Below, piece by piece: positions 1-9,667 of a stretch of 64,000 bases of DNA. A program made the translations under genes and the position numbers. The notes beneath the pieces were generated by a model that searched no databases, was not told the DNA's origin, and saw only the letters and a program-made list of their open reading frames with translations. Position 1 is the first letter of the stretch. Each line of letters begins with the position of its first letter. Source of the stretch: a virus; IMG/VR virus record IMGVR_UViG_3300016469_000277, positions 44,308 to 108,307 of that record, one strand, 5' to 3'.

Positions 1-1841
1 TCATCATGAACAACATTAACTAGTTTAACTACTCCAAATAAGTTATTAGGTAATATATAATCTTGCCAAAAGTAAATACCAGCAAGTTTAGTTATTTCAG
101 CTGATTCGCCTTGTACACAATAGTTTTGGGAAATTCTTTCAATTTCTCCTTTTTTGCTAAAGTACTTTGAAACTTTCTCTCTCATTCCTAGAAAAGTTGG
201 AGAGTCACTTGCTTTTTCTTTTAGAGTTCTATACCTAGCCCAATAAGATTTATCAAAAGTCTTTTCTAGTTCCTTAAATTCATCAAAGTAATCAATGTAG
301 CATTTTTTACCTGTAATTTTTGATAGTGTGACATAGCCTTTTTCAAGAGCTTCTTTCTTTCCTGTCTCAAAATAATCTTTAAGTTGTGAAAAAGCCTCAA
401 AGTACTTACCATAAATATCTTCTGCTTCTTCTTGGGTAAGATTTAATTGGTCAGCTAAAGCTTGTGCACTACCTCCATAAGCTAAACAAAAAGAAACAAT
501 TTTACTTTGCTGCCTTCTGTTCTTGTGATTCTTTTTAATTTCGTCTAGTTCTAAATGATTAAGTTCCTTAAACATTTTCTTTGCCACAAAACTATGCATG
601 TCAGAAAACCCTCTGTCATAGAATTCAAGCAGATTAGGCTCTAACGACTGGTTGGTTAAAACCACGGATTCCTGGGAACTGTAGTCGCAACTAATAAGCA
701 AGTTACCTTTCTCAGCTACAAAACAACTTCTTGTCTCTTCGTCTGAGGGGATATTTTGCATATTAGGTAGTTCTACTTTCATTACTTTGTCTTTACCGCC
801 AGAAGATAATCTGCCAGTATTCATTAACTGTTTATACTGGGTATGTATTCTTCCGCTTACAGGATTGATTAGTTTAAACCAGTTCTCACCGTAGGTACTT
901 AAGTCTTTTTGGCACTCCTTATATTTACAGTAAGTTTCGATAATAGGAAACTTCTTTGCAAACTTACTAAGGTGTCCTTGTTCTACGGTATCCTTGTATT
1001 CGCCTTTGTCCTTGACTTTAGTATTTACTCCAATTAAATTAAAGAATTGAATAACCTGCTTAGGAGAATTCCAATTAATAACTACTGAGAGTTCTCGATT
1101 AAAGAGGTCTCCTTGAAAGTTAATAAATTCTGTCATATTGTTCTCACGAATGAATTGATCCAGTTGGTTTTTGTACCCAATCATTTCTTTGCGAGTAGAC
1201 TCGATTTTAACTTTCCACTTTTCTACGTCTAGTTTAATTCCGCAATACTCTATATAAGCTAGAACTTTTACAAACCTATTATCTAGTTCGATAGAAACTT
1301 CAAGTTCTTTTTCTTTAATAAGTCTTTCTTGGATTCTTTTAATCTCCAAAAGATACTCTACGTCTTTACAGCCGTAAACAATAAGAGACTCAGTAAGTCT
1401 AGCAGAAATGTTTTTGCGTTCTTCTTTGCTTAATTCAATTCCTAAATACTCTTTACAAAGAGAGTCTAAACCTGCTCTATGAGAGTCGATACCTAGATAA
1501 AGAGTTCTTTCTGCGAGGAAAGTGTCAAAAATACGTGTCGGAACGATACGATGATGATAAAGAAATCTAAGGTCAAACTTGCCATTCTGCATAACAAGTA
1601 GTTTAGATTCAAGTAATTTTTTATAATTCTGGATGTCAATAGTAGCTGTGTCAATAAAATACTGATTAGTCCCATCACCTATTTGAAGACTTATGAGTGC
1701 ACAAGTATAAGGGTCAAAACCTAGGGTTTCGCTATCTACCGCAATCTCGTCTAGATTGTTAAGATAAGCTAGGCTTTCTTCTACTGTGCAAGTCTGGTAA
1801 TTAGGTGAAGGTAGTTTTTGTTTTGAAATTAAATACCTCAT
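1..1841 (-). CDS. polA: DNA polymerase family A with N-terminal 3'-5' exonuclease; runs off the window start (absent from ORF track)
   Basis: Translated by hand from the ATG at 1841: ExoI AVDSETLG, ExoII QNGKFDL, ExoIII YGCKDV, motif A ISCDYSSQE, motif B RRQQSKIVSFCLAYG, motif C VNVVHD(E) at the window edge. ATGA overlap with the upstream gene. Confidence 0.95.
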   Translation of the reverse strand, partial: MRYLISKQKLPSPNYQTCTVEESLAYLNNLDEIAVDSETLGFDPYTCALISLQIGDGTNQYFIDTATIDIQNYKKLLESKLLVMQNGKFDLRFLYHHRIVPTRIFDTFLAERTLYLGIDSHRAGLDSLCKEYLGIELSKEERKNISARLTESLIVYGCKDVEYLLEIKRIQERLIKEKELEVSIELDNRFVKVLAYIEYCGIKLDVEKWKVKIESTRKEMIGYKNQLDQFIRENNMTEFINFQGDLFNRELSVVINWNSPKQVIQFFNLIGVNTKVKDKGEYKDTVEQGHLSKFAKKFPIIETYCKYKECQKDLSTYGENWFKLINPVSGRIHTQYKQLMNTGRLSSGGKDKVMKVELPNMQNIPSDEETRSCFVAEKGNLLISCDYSSQESVVLTNQSLEPNLLEFYDRGFSDMHSFVAKKMFKELNHLELDEIKKNHKNRRQQSKIVSFCLAYGGSAQALADQLNLTQEEAEDIYGKYFEAFSQLKDYFETGKKEALEKGYVTLSKITGKKCYIDYFDEFKELEKTFDKSYWARYRTLKEKASDSPTFLGMREKVSKYFSKKGEIERISQNYCVQGESAEITKLAGIYFWQDYILPNNLFGVVKLVNVVHD

Positions 1842-2482
1842 GAAATAAGTGAGTTGACAACTCTTTCATACTTAGCTTGAGCTTCTAGTATAAGCTCGTA
1901 CTTTTCTTCTTGGGAATAGTTTCCTTCTTGAATTAAGTTTAAGTAATGTTTAAAAATGTCGTAGATTTGTTTTCTGTCGTTGTTACTTAGCTTTAAGTGC
2001 TTAGCGGAAAGGGCTAACATTTTTTCTGTAGTTCCTTCTCCCCACAATTTATTTAAAGTTTTTCCTAAGTTCCAAACGTGGTGTGGAGTGTACATATTAC
2101 ACACCTTACACAAAGGAGCAAGATTTAAAAGACTAAATCTTGTAGGACCTTTTGTTCTTCCTACAAAGTGTCCACATTGACTTTGTTTAGGATCTAAAGG
2201 AATTTCGCAAGCGTGACACTTATATTGGTGGGCTGCTCTAACTAACCAAGAAGTTACTTGGTCTAGTTTAGTCTGAGTAATAGTTTCTTGCTTTACTCGT
2301 TTCTTGTATTCTTTGCGAGCCTTTTGTTTTTCTTTTCGTTCTTTAACAAGACAAGTAGCGCATAATCTCTTGGTCTTGTTAGCCAGAGGTTTCATCTTTC
2401 CACAATCAGAACAAGGCTTTTGTTCTTTGTGTCTTACGGCTTCTCCTTTAACAGGAACTTTTTTTGGTTTAATGATTCTCAT
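1838..2482 (-). CDS. NinG/Rap-like His-Cys nuclease with N-terminal CxxC zinc finger
   Basis: CHAC...QCGHF...RFSLLNL..LCKVCN pattern typical of NinG/HNH-like proteins. Confidence 0.7.
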   Translation of the reverse strand: MRIIKPKKVPVKGEAVRHKEQKPCSDCGKMKPLANKTKRLCATCLVKERKEKQKARKEYKKRVKQETITQTKLDQVTSWLVRAAHQYKCHACEIPLDPKQSQCGHFVGRTKGPTRFSLLNLAPLCKVCNMYTPHHVWNLGKTLNKLWGEGTTEKMLALSAKHLKLSNNDRKQIYDIFKHYLNLIQEGNYSQEEKYELILEAQAKYERVVNSLIS

Positions 2483-2498
2483 ACCGATCTGATTAGTG

Positions 2499-2506
2499 CA
2501 AATATA
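2499..2506 (-). promoter_or_regulatory. Bacteroidota sigma70 -7 box (TATATTTG) upstream of the NinG-like/polA genes
   Basis: Matches TAnnTTTG and lies just downstream of a terminator. Confidence 0.7.
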
Positions 2507-2523
2507 GGGAAAGTCATAAAAGC

Positions 2524-2550
2524 AAAAAAGGAGAGAATTTCTTCTCTCCT
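2524..2550 (-). terminator. Intrinsic terminator
   Basis: AGGAGAGAA/TTCTCTCCT hairpin followed by a T tract on the minus strand. Confidence 0.7.
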
Positions 2551-2609
2551 CTTTTACTCAGATGGCGGCATGCAAAAGGCGTGCTGCAAATATAACTTAA
2601 AAGTTTAAA

Positions 2610-3080
2610 TTACCAAGAAGCTTGATAATAAAAATCTGCTCTACTAGTTCCTTTGTTAATACTTTTAACGTAAGGTTTAAGTACTTCAATAGTTTGCTCT
2701 ACTTCTTGAAAATAATAATCATCATACTCAGTAGAACCAAAGAAAAATCCTTCTGTGGTGGGAAGGAGTTCTTCTGCTTTACTATGATCCATGTTAACTT
2801 GTTTTAAAGTGTCATAGAGTTCAACTAGTGCTTCATCATAAATATTAATTTTTTGACATTCATCCCTTCCATAAGCACAGTTATTTACTATCCAGTTGTG
2901 AAGTGCATTGAATTTACGCCAATAAGCTACATTCTCCGAAACAGTAGAAATGTTTTCAGGATTTATATCCTTATAGATTTCTCCGCCTTTCTTAACAGTT
3001 ACATCAAACTGTTCTTCAGGAGATTGGTGAGGCCATTTTTTAACGTAGGTCTCCCGGTACATATACATATCTAATCCCAT
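2610..3080 (-). CDS. Conserved phage hypothetical protein (MGLDMY...YWRK.N..H.W...YQASW family)
   Basis: ORF track; recognisable motif of a widespread phage family of unknown function. Confidence 0.7.
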   Translation of the reverse strand: MGLDMYMYRETYVKKWPHQSPEEQFDVTVKKGGEIYKDINPENISTVSENVAYWRKFNALHNWIVNNCAYGRDECQKINIYDEALVELYDTLKQVNMDHSKAEELLPTTEGFFFGSTEYDDYYFQEVEQTIEVLKPYVKSINKGTSRADFYYQASW

Positions 3081-3940
3081 TATAGTGAATTTGAAAAGCT
3101 TGACATACTAGGAATAAGTTCTAAAGCACGATTGTTAATCTTGAAGCCTGAACCTTCCATTACGCTTCTAGCACGATCTCTTACATTGTCGTGGTGTGTA
3201 GTAAACCTAGTTACTCCGTTAAAGAGAGCCCATTGAGTACTGCCGTGAATATTTACGTCAGCTGCAATAGATTCTTTTAAAGTAACAAGACGGTTATCGC
3301 TGCGAGTATTTTCGCTAACTCCTAAGATTTCTCTTAAGAAATCATCATCAACTCTTGAAGGAATGTAAACACCACTCATTTCTTTAAACTTCTCAACTAA
3401 GAGAGTTTCCTGAAGGATAGCGTCTGACATTGTTTGTACAATAATAGAAAGTCTGTCGTGACTATTAGGAGTGTGTCTTACTCTGGTTACGTCGCTTAAA
3501 GACTTAAAGAAAGTGTTCTGACAAACAACTACTACATTGGTAGTACCAAATCCTAAAGGAGTTTGTCCGTCATGTGAATTTAAAGCAGTCAGCCAACGCT
3601 TTAATACGCTACCTCCGATAGTGTCTTCTCCTAAGTTAAGTTGATAGAATACTCTTTTTCCTTGAGAGATAGTTCCCCCACGAGAAATAGTAATGTTAGC
3701 GTGTTCTGCTGCTTGGTGTAAAAGGGCTAATAAGTCTCTATTTTGTGTAGGAGTGTACCTACTACCTACAGTAGCAAGATAATGCCCTGTGTCTTCTCTA
3801 AAGATACCGTGAGAGTCTGTTGTCCAACCTTCTTCTGTTACGAGAGGTTTTTTAACTACGTTCCAGTTAGTTCCTGATCTGTCGAGCATTTCATCAATTG
3901 AAATGGTTCCGTTTACTTGTGTGAAATTTGCAAGTGCCAT
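3080..3940 (-). CDS. DUF932/DUF945 (TIGR03299-like) phage/plasmid protein
   Basis: W.V.K.PL, VG.RY.P.QN, NSHDG, VVCQNT, T.WALFNGVT motifs. Confidence 0.85.
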   Translation of the reverse strand: MALANFTQVNGTISIDEMLDRSGTNWNVVKKPLVTEEGWTTDSHGIFREDTGHYLATVGSRYTPTQNRDLLALLHQAAEHANITISRGGTISQGKRVFYQLNLGEDTIGGSVLKRWLTALNSHDGQTPLGFGTTNVVVVCQNTFFKSLSDVTRVRHTPNSHDRLSIIVQTMSDAILQETLLVEKFKEMSGVYIPSRVDDDFLREILGVSENTRSDNRLVTLKESIAADVNIHGSTQWALFNGVTRFTTHHDNVRDRARSVMEGSGFKINNRALELIPSMSSFSNSL

Positions 3941-3981
3941 TGGTTTTTAATTTTATTTGTTTTTAGTTTTACTTTTCAAAG

Positions 3982-4185
3982 TTAAGTTTTATTTTCTTCA
4001 TTTCCAAAATTAGTATCGTCTTTTTTTAAATTAATTTTATCTGAGCCACATCTAGGGCATTCCTTAAATGAAAAAGAGGCAAGCTTAATTACTTGCCCCA
4101 TATTATCCTTAAGTTCTTTCTCGTCAAACTCTTGGGTTTCTCCTAAGAGCTTACCGCAATCGTGACAGATTGCTAAGTATTTCAT
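3982..4185 (-). CDS. Small zinc-ribbon protein
   Basis: CHDC...CPRC. Confidence 0.6.
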   Translation of the reverse strand: MKYLAICHDCGKLLGETQEFDEKELKDNMGQVIKLASFSFKECPRCGSDKINLKKDDTNFGNEENKT

Positions 4186-4194
4186 AAAATTCTA

Positions 4195-4410
4195 TTAAGC
4201 TTTATTTCTTATATCATTTTCTATTAATTCTAGAAGTTGAGGATCATCTGTTGGAGGACCTTCTAGCCATGTAATACTAAGTACATATCCTTCATCGTCT
4301 GTTGAAACAGTGAAATCATGTTCTTCTCCGAATAGTTCTAAAGTTCCTACATACCAGTAAGTAGCTGCAAAAGCTTCTGAGTCTATGCTTATGTTAAAGG
4401 TTTCAGCCAT
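4195..4410 (-). CDS. Hypothetical protein
   Basis: ORF tiling in operon. Confidence 0.55.
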   Translation of the reverse strand: MAETFNISIDSEAFAATYWYVGTLELFGEEHDFTVSTDDEGYVLSITWLEGPPTDDPQLLELIENDIRNKA

Positions 4411-5072
4411 TGTATTGTTTCTGCGTTTAAATCTTTTGTAATTTTGTTAATTTCAGACCACAGGTTATCATGTTTCCATTTTGTTCCTGAGTAGACTTCT
4501 GTTATAGGATGAGGTCTTTCTATAATATAATTCCAGAAGTCGTTAATAGCAGGTTTGAACTTTTGTGCATCTTTACCTAAAAGTACAAAAATAATTCCTG
4601 TGTTGTACTCTTGGATACCTTTGATTACTGAAAGAGTAAAGTTCTCCCAAATTTTCATGTGAGAGCCTGGAGACTTTTCCTCAACAGTTAAAGCTGCGTT
4701 AAGTAATAATACTCCTTCACCCGGTAAAGCGTGCCAATTAAGTATACCTTCTCCTAAGTCTTCTTGGATACATCTTGAGATGATTCTAAGTGAAGGAGGA
4801 ACATAATCAGGGTGTCGAGGTGCAAATGAAAGTCCACAAGCTACAGGCTCATTTTTGTAGACATTTGGGTACGGATCCTGACCAATCCAAACAAGTTTAA
4901 GTTTTTCTAAAGGAGTCATCCAAAAAGCCTTAAAGACTTCTTCAGACTTGGGAAAGACATTTACCTTCGATCTTCTCTCCGCTACGTACTTTCCTATCTT
5001 CAGTAGTTCCGTTTCCTGATTCTTCAAGAGTTTCGCCCAATCCTCCGGTAGGATATTGTTCAATATAGACAT
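4389..5072 (-). CDS. ung: Uracil-DNA glycosylase, family 1
   Basis: GQDPYP, ACGLSF, PPSL, GVLLLN, GSH and HP motifs. Confidence 0.95.
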   Translation of the reverse strand: MSILNNILPEDWAKLLKNQETELLKIGKYVAERRSKVNVFPKSEEVFKAFWMTPLEKLKLVWIGQDPYPNVYKNEPVACGLSFAPRHPDYVPPSLRIISRCIQEDLGEGILNWHALPGEGVLLLNAALTVEEKSPGSHMKIWENFTLSVIKGIQEYNTGIIFVLLGKDAQKFKPAINDFWNYIIERPHPITEVYSGTKWKHDNLWSEINKITKDLNAETIQWLKPLT

Positions 5073-5583
5073 TTAAAAATTGATTTAAGTTTTTTGTTAA
5101 GTTAAGAAGCATTCTGTCCACACTAATCTGATCTTCAATAGTTTGTACTGAATGAATAACAGTGCTGTGGTCTTGTCCTCCTATAAATCTAGCTATTGTG
5201 TTTAAAGTCCAACTGGTGTTGTGTTTTAACCAATGGGTTATTAACTGTCTAGCTAGGACTAATTCTCTTTTGCGAGAAGAGGACATTATTATTTCCCACT
5301 TAAGTTTAAAGAAGAAAGCAACTAACTTTCTTAAATTTTCTAATTGTTCTTCTTCTTGAATTTGAAGCTTAGATAAATCTAAACTAATGTTCTCGTCTAG
5401 CTCAAACTCAAGATAGTTCTCTGGTTGAAAATAAATAAAAGCAGAATGATCTGAAAAACAATTCGATATAAGAGAGTCGACTACTTCTTTTACTTCTGTG
5501 TAAGATTCCTTAATAGTAAGTTCGTTAAAGAGTTTTTGACTAATACTTCTGATTAGTTTTTTTCTTTGGTGGTATGTTGACAT
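4942..5583 (-). CDS. Protein with DnaA domain IV-like helix-turn-helix (no AAA+ domain)
   Basis: SSSRKRELVLARQ...L..IARFIGGQDHSTVIHS matches the DnaA C-terminal signature (R...ARQ, GGRDHTTV.H). Confidence 0.8.
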   Translation of the reverse strand: MSTYHQRKKLIRSISQKLFNELTIKESYTEVKEVVDSLISNCFSDHSAFIYFQPENYLEFELDENISLDLSKLQIQEEEQLENLRKLVAFFFKLKWEIIMSSSRKRELVLARQLITHWLKHNTSWTLNTIARFIGGQDHSTVIHSVQTIEDQISVDRMLLNLTKNLNQFLNVYIEQYPTGGLGETLEESGNGTTEDRKVRSGEKIEGKCLSQV

Positions 5584-5584
5584 A

Positions 5585-6541
5585 TTATTTAATAATATCT
5601 AGTATTGCTTGTTTGCCCATTTCTTTGTAAATATCTGAAGGATCCTTGGGTAAGTCCTTTGAATGAATAATACATTCTAATCCGTACATTTCTGCCATTT
5701 TCTTGCAGCCTATTTGTCCTGCTTCGTCGTTATCATACCAAAGTCTGATTCTTTTAAATCTGTCTTTGAGTAGATTAAAAGCATTCTGGCTAATAGGAGT
5801 GTTTTCGCTTCTTACAGCTACAGCATTTACTCCACAGCCATATAAAGTCATACAGTCCTTACGGCCTTTTGTAACAATTAGTTCATCTCCGGTAGGAGGA
5901 AGTTGATTCCAGCCTTCTAGTATTCCTCCAAAGAAGTTAGATCTAAATTTATTCTTTTTAGAGGCTAGAGGCCGATAAAGTTTAGTTTTACCTTTCTCGG
6001 TGTAACGGTAACAAGGGTCTATATCGTTTTTAATATACCAGAGTTTACCGTTTATCCAGGCTTTGTCTACTTTTCTAACTTCGTAAAAATCTAATATCTC
6101 AGGAGTAACTCCAAATTGTCCCCAGTAGTTAAAGTCAGTTGTCTTAAAATAAGTGACAGTTGTTTTAATATCACTAGGAGTAACTTCAACAGGAGGCTTT
6201 TCCGCTAGTCTAAGAGTACGAAGTTCATCCATAGTCAAAGAGTTAAGCTGAAAGTCTGATTCAATTTTATAAAGGATATCAGGAAATCCATAACCAGTTT
6301 TCAGCTGAGCTATATCTAAAGCACTAAAATAAACTTGTTCTGTAGCGTAGTCTACGAAATATAAATTTCCTTTGCTGGTCCACTTATAAAAACAAGAAGC
6401 ATTCCTATCATCTCTGAAAGGATTTACATAACGCTTACCTATTACTACTGGATAGCAATAAGTACTCATTATGGCTTCTTGTCCTACTAAGTCGTAGATA
6501 CGCTGAACAGTAGTAAAGGTTTCTATTTCGTGAATGTTCAT
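5585..6541 (-). CDS. DNA primase (Toprim, crAss-type)
   Basis: NPFRDD..S N-terminus, TKG.KD, WYDNDEAG and KDPSD motifs. Confidence 0.85.
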   Translation of the reverse strand: MNIHEIETFTTVQRIYDLVGQEAIMSTYCYPVVIGKRYVNPFRDDRNASCFYKWTSKGNLYFVDYATEQVYFSALDIAQLKTGYGFPDILYKIESDFQLNSLTMDELRTLRLAEKPPVEVTPSDIKTTVTYFKTTDFNYWGQFGVTPEILDFYEVRKVDKAWINGKLWYIKNDIDPCYRYTEKGKTKLYRPLASKKNKFRSNFFGGILEGWNQLPPTGDELIVTKGRKDCMTLYGCGVNAVAVRSENTPISQNAFNLLKDRFKRIRLWYDNDEAGQIGCKKMAEMYGLECIIHSKDLPKDPSDIYKEMGKQAILDIIK

Positions 6542-6547
6542 TTTTAA

Positions 6548-6760
6548 TTAAATATTCTCTAGTACAAAATTAATATCGTAATCTTCTTTTGTTTCGTCAG
6601 TTATTATACTGTCTATTTCAAAACTATCGCATACGTAATTATCGTCTGGTTCTGAAAGAAACTGTTTTAACGCAAGAATAATTGCAGAGTTTAAATCATC
6701 TGCTTCAACATTTATTCTTTTGTATGATTGCCATACTATAGGAATACTGTATTTTTTCAT
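6548..6760 (-). CDS. Hypothetical protein
   Basis: ORF tiling; VEA...A motif shared with 8414-8665. Confidence 0.55.
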   Translation of the reverse strand: MKKYSIPIVWQSYKRINVEADDLNSAIILALKQFLSEPDDNYVCDSFEIDSIITDETKEDYDINFVLENI

Positions 6761-6761
6761 T

Positions 6762-7022
6762 TTACACTTTTTCGTAAGTCATTTCAAAGATGTCTGGTTT
6801 GCAAGGATAAAATTCTCCCTTAACTCCTTTGATAATATAATCACCTTCGGTTGCAATGTGTTGACCTTCTAAGGTTGGAATTATGCAAGTAGCAATTCCA
6901 TTAATACGCTTTTCGATAGTTAGCGTATGTGCATTATCATTCGTAAACGACTTTACTTCATCCCAATTATTACGGGTAAATTTTACTGCTTCAATTTCTA
7001 CTGGTTTTTTTCTGTATTTCAT
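6762..7022 (-). CDS. Conserved phage protein (KYRKKPV.IEA...GDYIIKG..GEFYPCKPDIF family)
   Basis: Highly recognisable phage family motif. Confidence 0.8.
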   Translation of the reverse strand: MKYRKKPVEIEAVKFTRNNWDEVKSFTNDNAHTLTIEKRINGIATCIIPTLEGQHIATEGDYIIKGVKGEFYPCKPDIFEMTYEKV

Positions 7023-7204
7023 TTTCCGTATTCTTCGTTGTAGTATTGTTCAAATTCATGTATAGCTCCATCTTCATCACCTGCATACCAAGCATCTTCA
7101 ATTTGTTGCTTCTCCATTTCTTTGGCTTGTTCTTCTCTTTGAATGCCTATATACCCATCTTTTTTATATTGCTCAACCAACCATTCTACTGCTGTTTGTT
7201 TCAT
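7019..7204 (-). CDS. KQTAVEWL-family small protein (likely start MKQTAVEWL)
   Basis: Paralogous motif; start trimmed from ORF-track 7399. Confidence 0.65.
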   Translation of the reverse strand: MKQTAVEWLVEQYKKDGYIGIQREEQAKEMEKQQIEDAWYAGDEDGAIHEFEQYYNEEYGK

Positions 7205-7205
7205 C

Positions 7206-7511
7206 TTATTCTGATTTAAAGGTTTCGTTGTAGTATTCTTCTGGATTGGGGGATATTGATGTAGTTCTAAAATTAAATCCATCAATAGTACCTGAGTGGT
7301 AACTATTTTTGATTTGCTCCTTCTCCATTGCTTTGGCTTCATCAACCACATTCCAAAGTGTGCTTTGAGGTAGGGTATATGGAAAAGCAATAAATCCACG
7401 ATTGATTAATATTTGAATCAGTCTATCTACTGCTGTTTGTTTTTTATATAGTCCGTCTTTTGCATCATCGTTCATAATGTCTATAATTAGTTTCTTTTGT
7501 TGGTCTTTCAT
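7206..7511 (-). CDS. KQTAV-family small protein (likely start MKDQQ)
   Basis: Paralogous motif; ATG 4 nt after the TATATTTG box at 7516-7523. Confidence 0.65.
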   Translation of the reverse strand: MKDQQKKLIIDIMNDDAKDGLYKKQTAVDRLIQILINRGFIAFPYTLPQSTLWNVVDEAKAMEKEQIKNSYHSGTIDGFNFRTTSISPNPEEYYNETFKSE

Positions 7512-7522
7512 TTTACAAATAT

Positions 7523-7555
7523 AAAAGAAAGAGGGGGATTTCTCCCCCACTCTCT
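7523..7555 (-). terminator. Intrinsic terminator
   Basis: GGGGGA/TCCCCC hairpin with T-rich tail on the minus strand. Confidence 0.65.
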
Positions 7556-7573
7556 ACACTATGAAAATACACC

Positions 7574-8389
7574 TTAAAACAATCCGCCAGTAGAACTGGA
7601 GCTGCTTGAAGGTGTATAATCTGGTTCATCATCAATAAAAGGATTTCCGTCATCAACAAATTCCTTCAACAGGAAAGAGTCTCCATAGAAATCTTTACAA
7701 CCATATTCTCCTGTGAATTTCTTCTTTACATAATCAGTAATAGGAGAGTTCAAGTGGAGAATCCCTTTAGTAAATACAGATTGGAATTTACCATCTCTGA
7801 TAGTTAAAGGAATTTTAATACCGGAACCTTTAGAATTAAAAGCCTCAAAGAATTCACGAAGTTCGCTTACATTACCTTTAGTAATTGCTTTCCAATTATC
7901 TAGTACAAAAGGTTTTTCTTTTGGTCTAGCGTTGGCATAAGCTTTCAAAAGTTCATAAACATCCTCTTCGCCTGTTTTTGCTTCACGAATAGACTTAGTA
8001 TCTAAACGATAACTAGGATCTTTAGATTGTTGGTCTTGACTCAAAGTAGCCAAGTCAACAGCCCAAGCTGTTTTAGTAAAATTATCAATATACTGAGTTT
8101 TACCGCTATTTTTACCTACTACGGTTTCATCGTTTACCCAAAGACTAAACTTACCGAGAAGTTCAGTTTCACAGCTTGGGTGATTTTTGTACCAAAAGTC
8201 CAGACGCATTTTTCCTTCGGTCTTATCATACTCAGGATTTTTAATCTTTTCAATGTCTGTGTTAAAAAGACTAGCCAATCCTTTTTCGTTAGGATTTACT
8301 GATACGATTTGTACAGGAGCATAACCTGTGTAGAGTTTCTTTTCAAAGCCTTGTGCGCTTTCTTCTACTTCATTTACATTAATTGCCAT
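7574..8389 (-). CDS. Putative single-stranded DNA-binding or recombination protein
   Basis: Replication-module position near the AAA ATPase; acidic, flexible C-terminal tail ending in GLF. Confidence 0.5.
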   Translation of the reverse strand: MAINVNEVEESAQGFEKKLYTGYAPVQIVSVNPNEKGLASLFNTDIEKIKNPEYDKTEGKMRLDFWYKNHPSCETELLGKFSLWVNDETVVGKNSGKTQYIDNFTKTAWAVDLATLSQDQQSKDPSYRLDTKSIREAKTGEEDVYELLKAYANARPKEKPFVLDNWKAITKGNVSELREFFEAFNSKGSGIKIPLTIRDGKFQSVFTKGILHLNSPITDYVKKKFTGEYGCKDFYGDSFLLKEFVDDGNPFIDDEPDYTPSSSSSSTGGLF

Positions 8390-8413
8390 GATTTTTTGTT
8401 TTTAATTTGTTTG

Positions 8414-8665
8414 TTAATTTTGATAAATTGTTTGATAGTCTTTACTTGAATAAAGTTCTTCTGTTGGTTGTCCGTCGTTTTCTTCCTTACTCATAAGTTC
8501 AGTAGTCTCAAAAATAGGTTCCCAAGAGTACTCACTTACTTTTCCGTTTTCTACTAATTCTATAGCTAGTTTTTTAGCTTCTTCGTAATTTTCTGCTTCT
8601 ACTTCAAAGTTAGTTCTGTTCCAACTTGTTACTTTTTGGTCAAAAAAGAATTGAAATTGTTCCAT
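8414..8665 (-). CDS. Hypothetical protein
   Basis: ORF tiling. Confidence 0.6.
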   Translation of the reverse strand: MEQFQFFFDQKVTSWNRTNFEVEAENYEEAKKLAIELVENGKVSEYSWEPIFETTELMSKEENDGQPTEELYSSKDYQTIYQN

Positions 8666-9330
8666 TAAGAATAGTATTCGTCGATTTTTTCTGAGACATA
8701 TTTTAAGTCATTGGGAATTTGTGTCTCTTCAAACATTCCCATTGGAGATTTAGCAGGACGCTTTTTAAAACGATTAGTCAAAAGAAAATACTCTGAACCG
8801 CTTTTGCCTTCATCTACATAAGTATAAAGACAAATAGTAAAGAGTCCTTCAAGATTAATGTTATTATCTAACATCTTGCCGATGGTTTTCATTTTATAGC
8901 TTACAATCTCTCCTCCATCTTCTACAGGCTCAGAGTGGCCAAGACAAAATACTTTTAAGTCTTTTCTTAGTCCTCTAGCGTTAGATAGAATACTAAACAT
9001 ATTTTGGCCTATCTGAGAGAATTTAGTATAACCTATCTCAGAAGCTCTCTTCATAAATTCAAAGCCCATTACATACTGAATATCGTCGATTACGATATTT
9101 TTAATGTGGGTTCCTTTCTCGCTGATATTCTTAAGAGTCTCAACGATTTCTTTTGAAGTAGAGATTTCTACATAGTTCTTGTTCTCTAGATTGTACATCT
9201 TAGAAGCTCCTTTGAAAGGAAGTTCTTTTCCTGCTACACCAATGATTAGAGTTTCTTTAGGATCTAATGTCCTAATGCTTGTTGATTTACCTTCGCCTGA
9301 AGGTCCAATGATACCTACTAGTAGTGCCAT
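8665..9330 (-). CDS. AAA_24/Sak4-like ATPase
   Basis: Walker A GPSGEGKST, Walker B IVIDD, AKSP.GMF; likely start MALLV at 9330. Confidence 0.85.
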   Translation of the reverse strand: MALLVGIIGPSGEGKSTSIRTLDPKETLIIGVAGKELPFKGASKMYNLENKNYVEISTSKEIVETLKNISEKGTHIKNIVIDDIQYVMGFEFMKRASEIGYTKFSQIGQNMFSILSNARGLRKDLKVFCLGHSEPVEDGGEIVSYKMKTIGKMLDNNINLEGLFTICLYTYVDEGKSGSEYFLLTNRFKKRPAKSPMGMFEETQIPNDLKYVSEKIDEYYS

Positions 9331-9341
9331 ATCTGATTTAT

Positions 9342-9644
9342 TTAGTTTAGTTGTTTTCTTTCTATGGTAGTCCAGCCAAAAAATGTAGCAAACTGTTGAG
9401 CTGCTCTTTTGCAAGCTTCTTTGTTTTTAGAAGTTATTTGCATTAGTTCTTTTCTAGCCGGTAAGCTGTTATAAAGATAATTAGTTAACCAATCTACAAA
9501 CTCTTGTTCTTGTTTTTCAGTCCAAGTATAATTAAGATACCAATCGTCTTGTTTAACATATTCGTCTGAGTAAGCTATACCAGTTTCCTCAAACATTTTC
9601 TCTAAAATGATCCGTAAATGTTCCTTAATTGGCGTTTTTCTCAT
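9342..9644 (-). CDS. Hypothetical protein
   Basis: ORF with TATCTTTG box (9649-9656) 4 nt upstream of the ATG. Confidence 0.65.
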   Translation of the reverse strand: MRKTPIKEHLRIILEKMFEETGIAYSDEYVKQDDWYLNYTWTEKQEQEFVDWLTNYLYNSLPARKELMQITSKNKEACKRAAQQFATFFGWTTIERKQLN

Positions 9645-9667
9645 AACACAAAGATAAAGAAAGTGTA

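Noticed and set aside
1493-1678. 61-aa ORF, or a possible frameshift in the polA N-terminus
   Set aside because: It is an alternate-frame ORF inside polA; the polA frame reads continuously (GDGTNQYFIDTATIDIQ).
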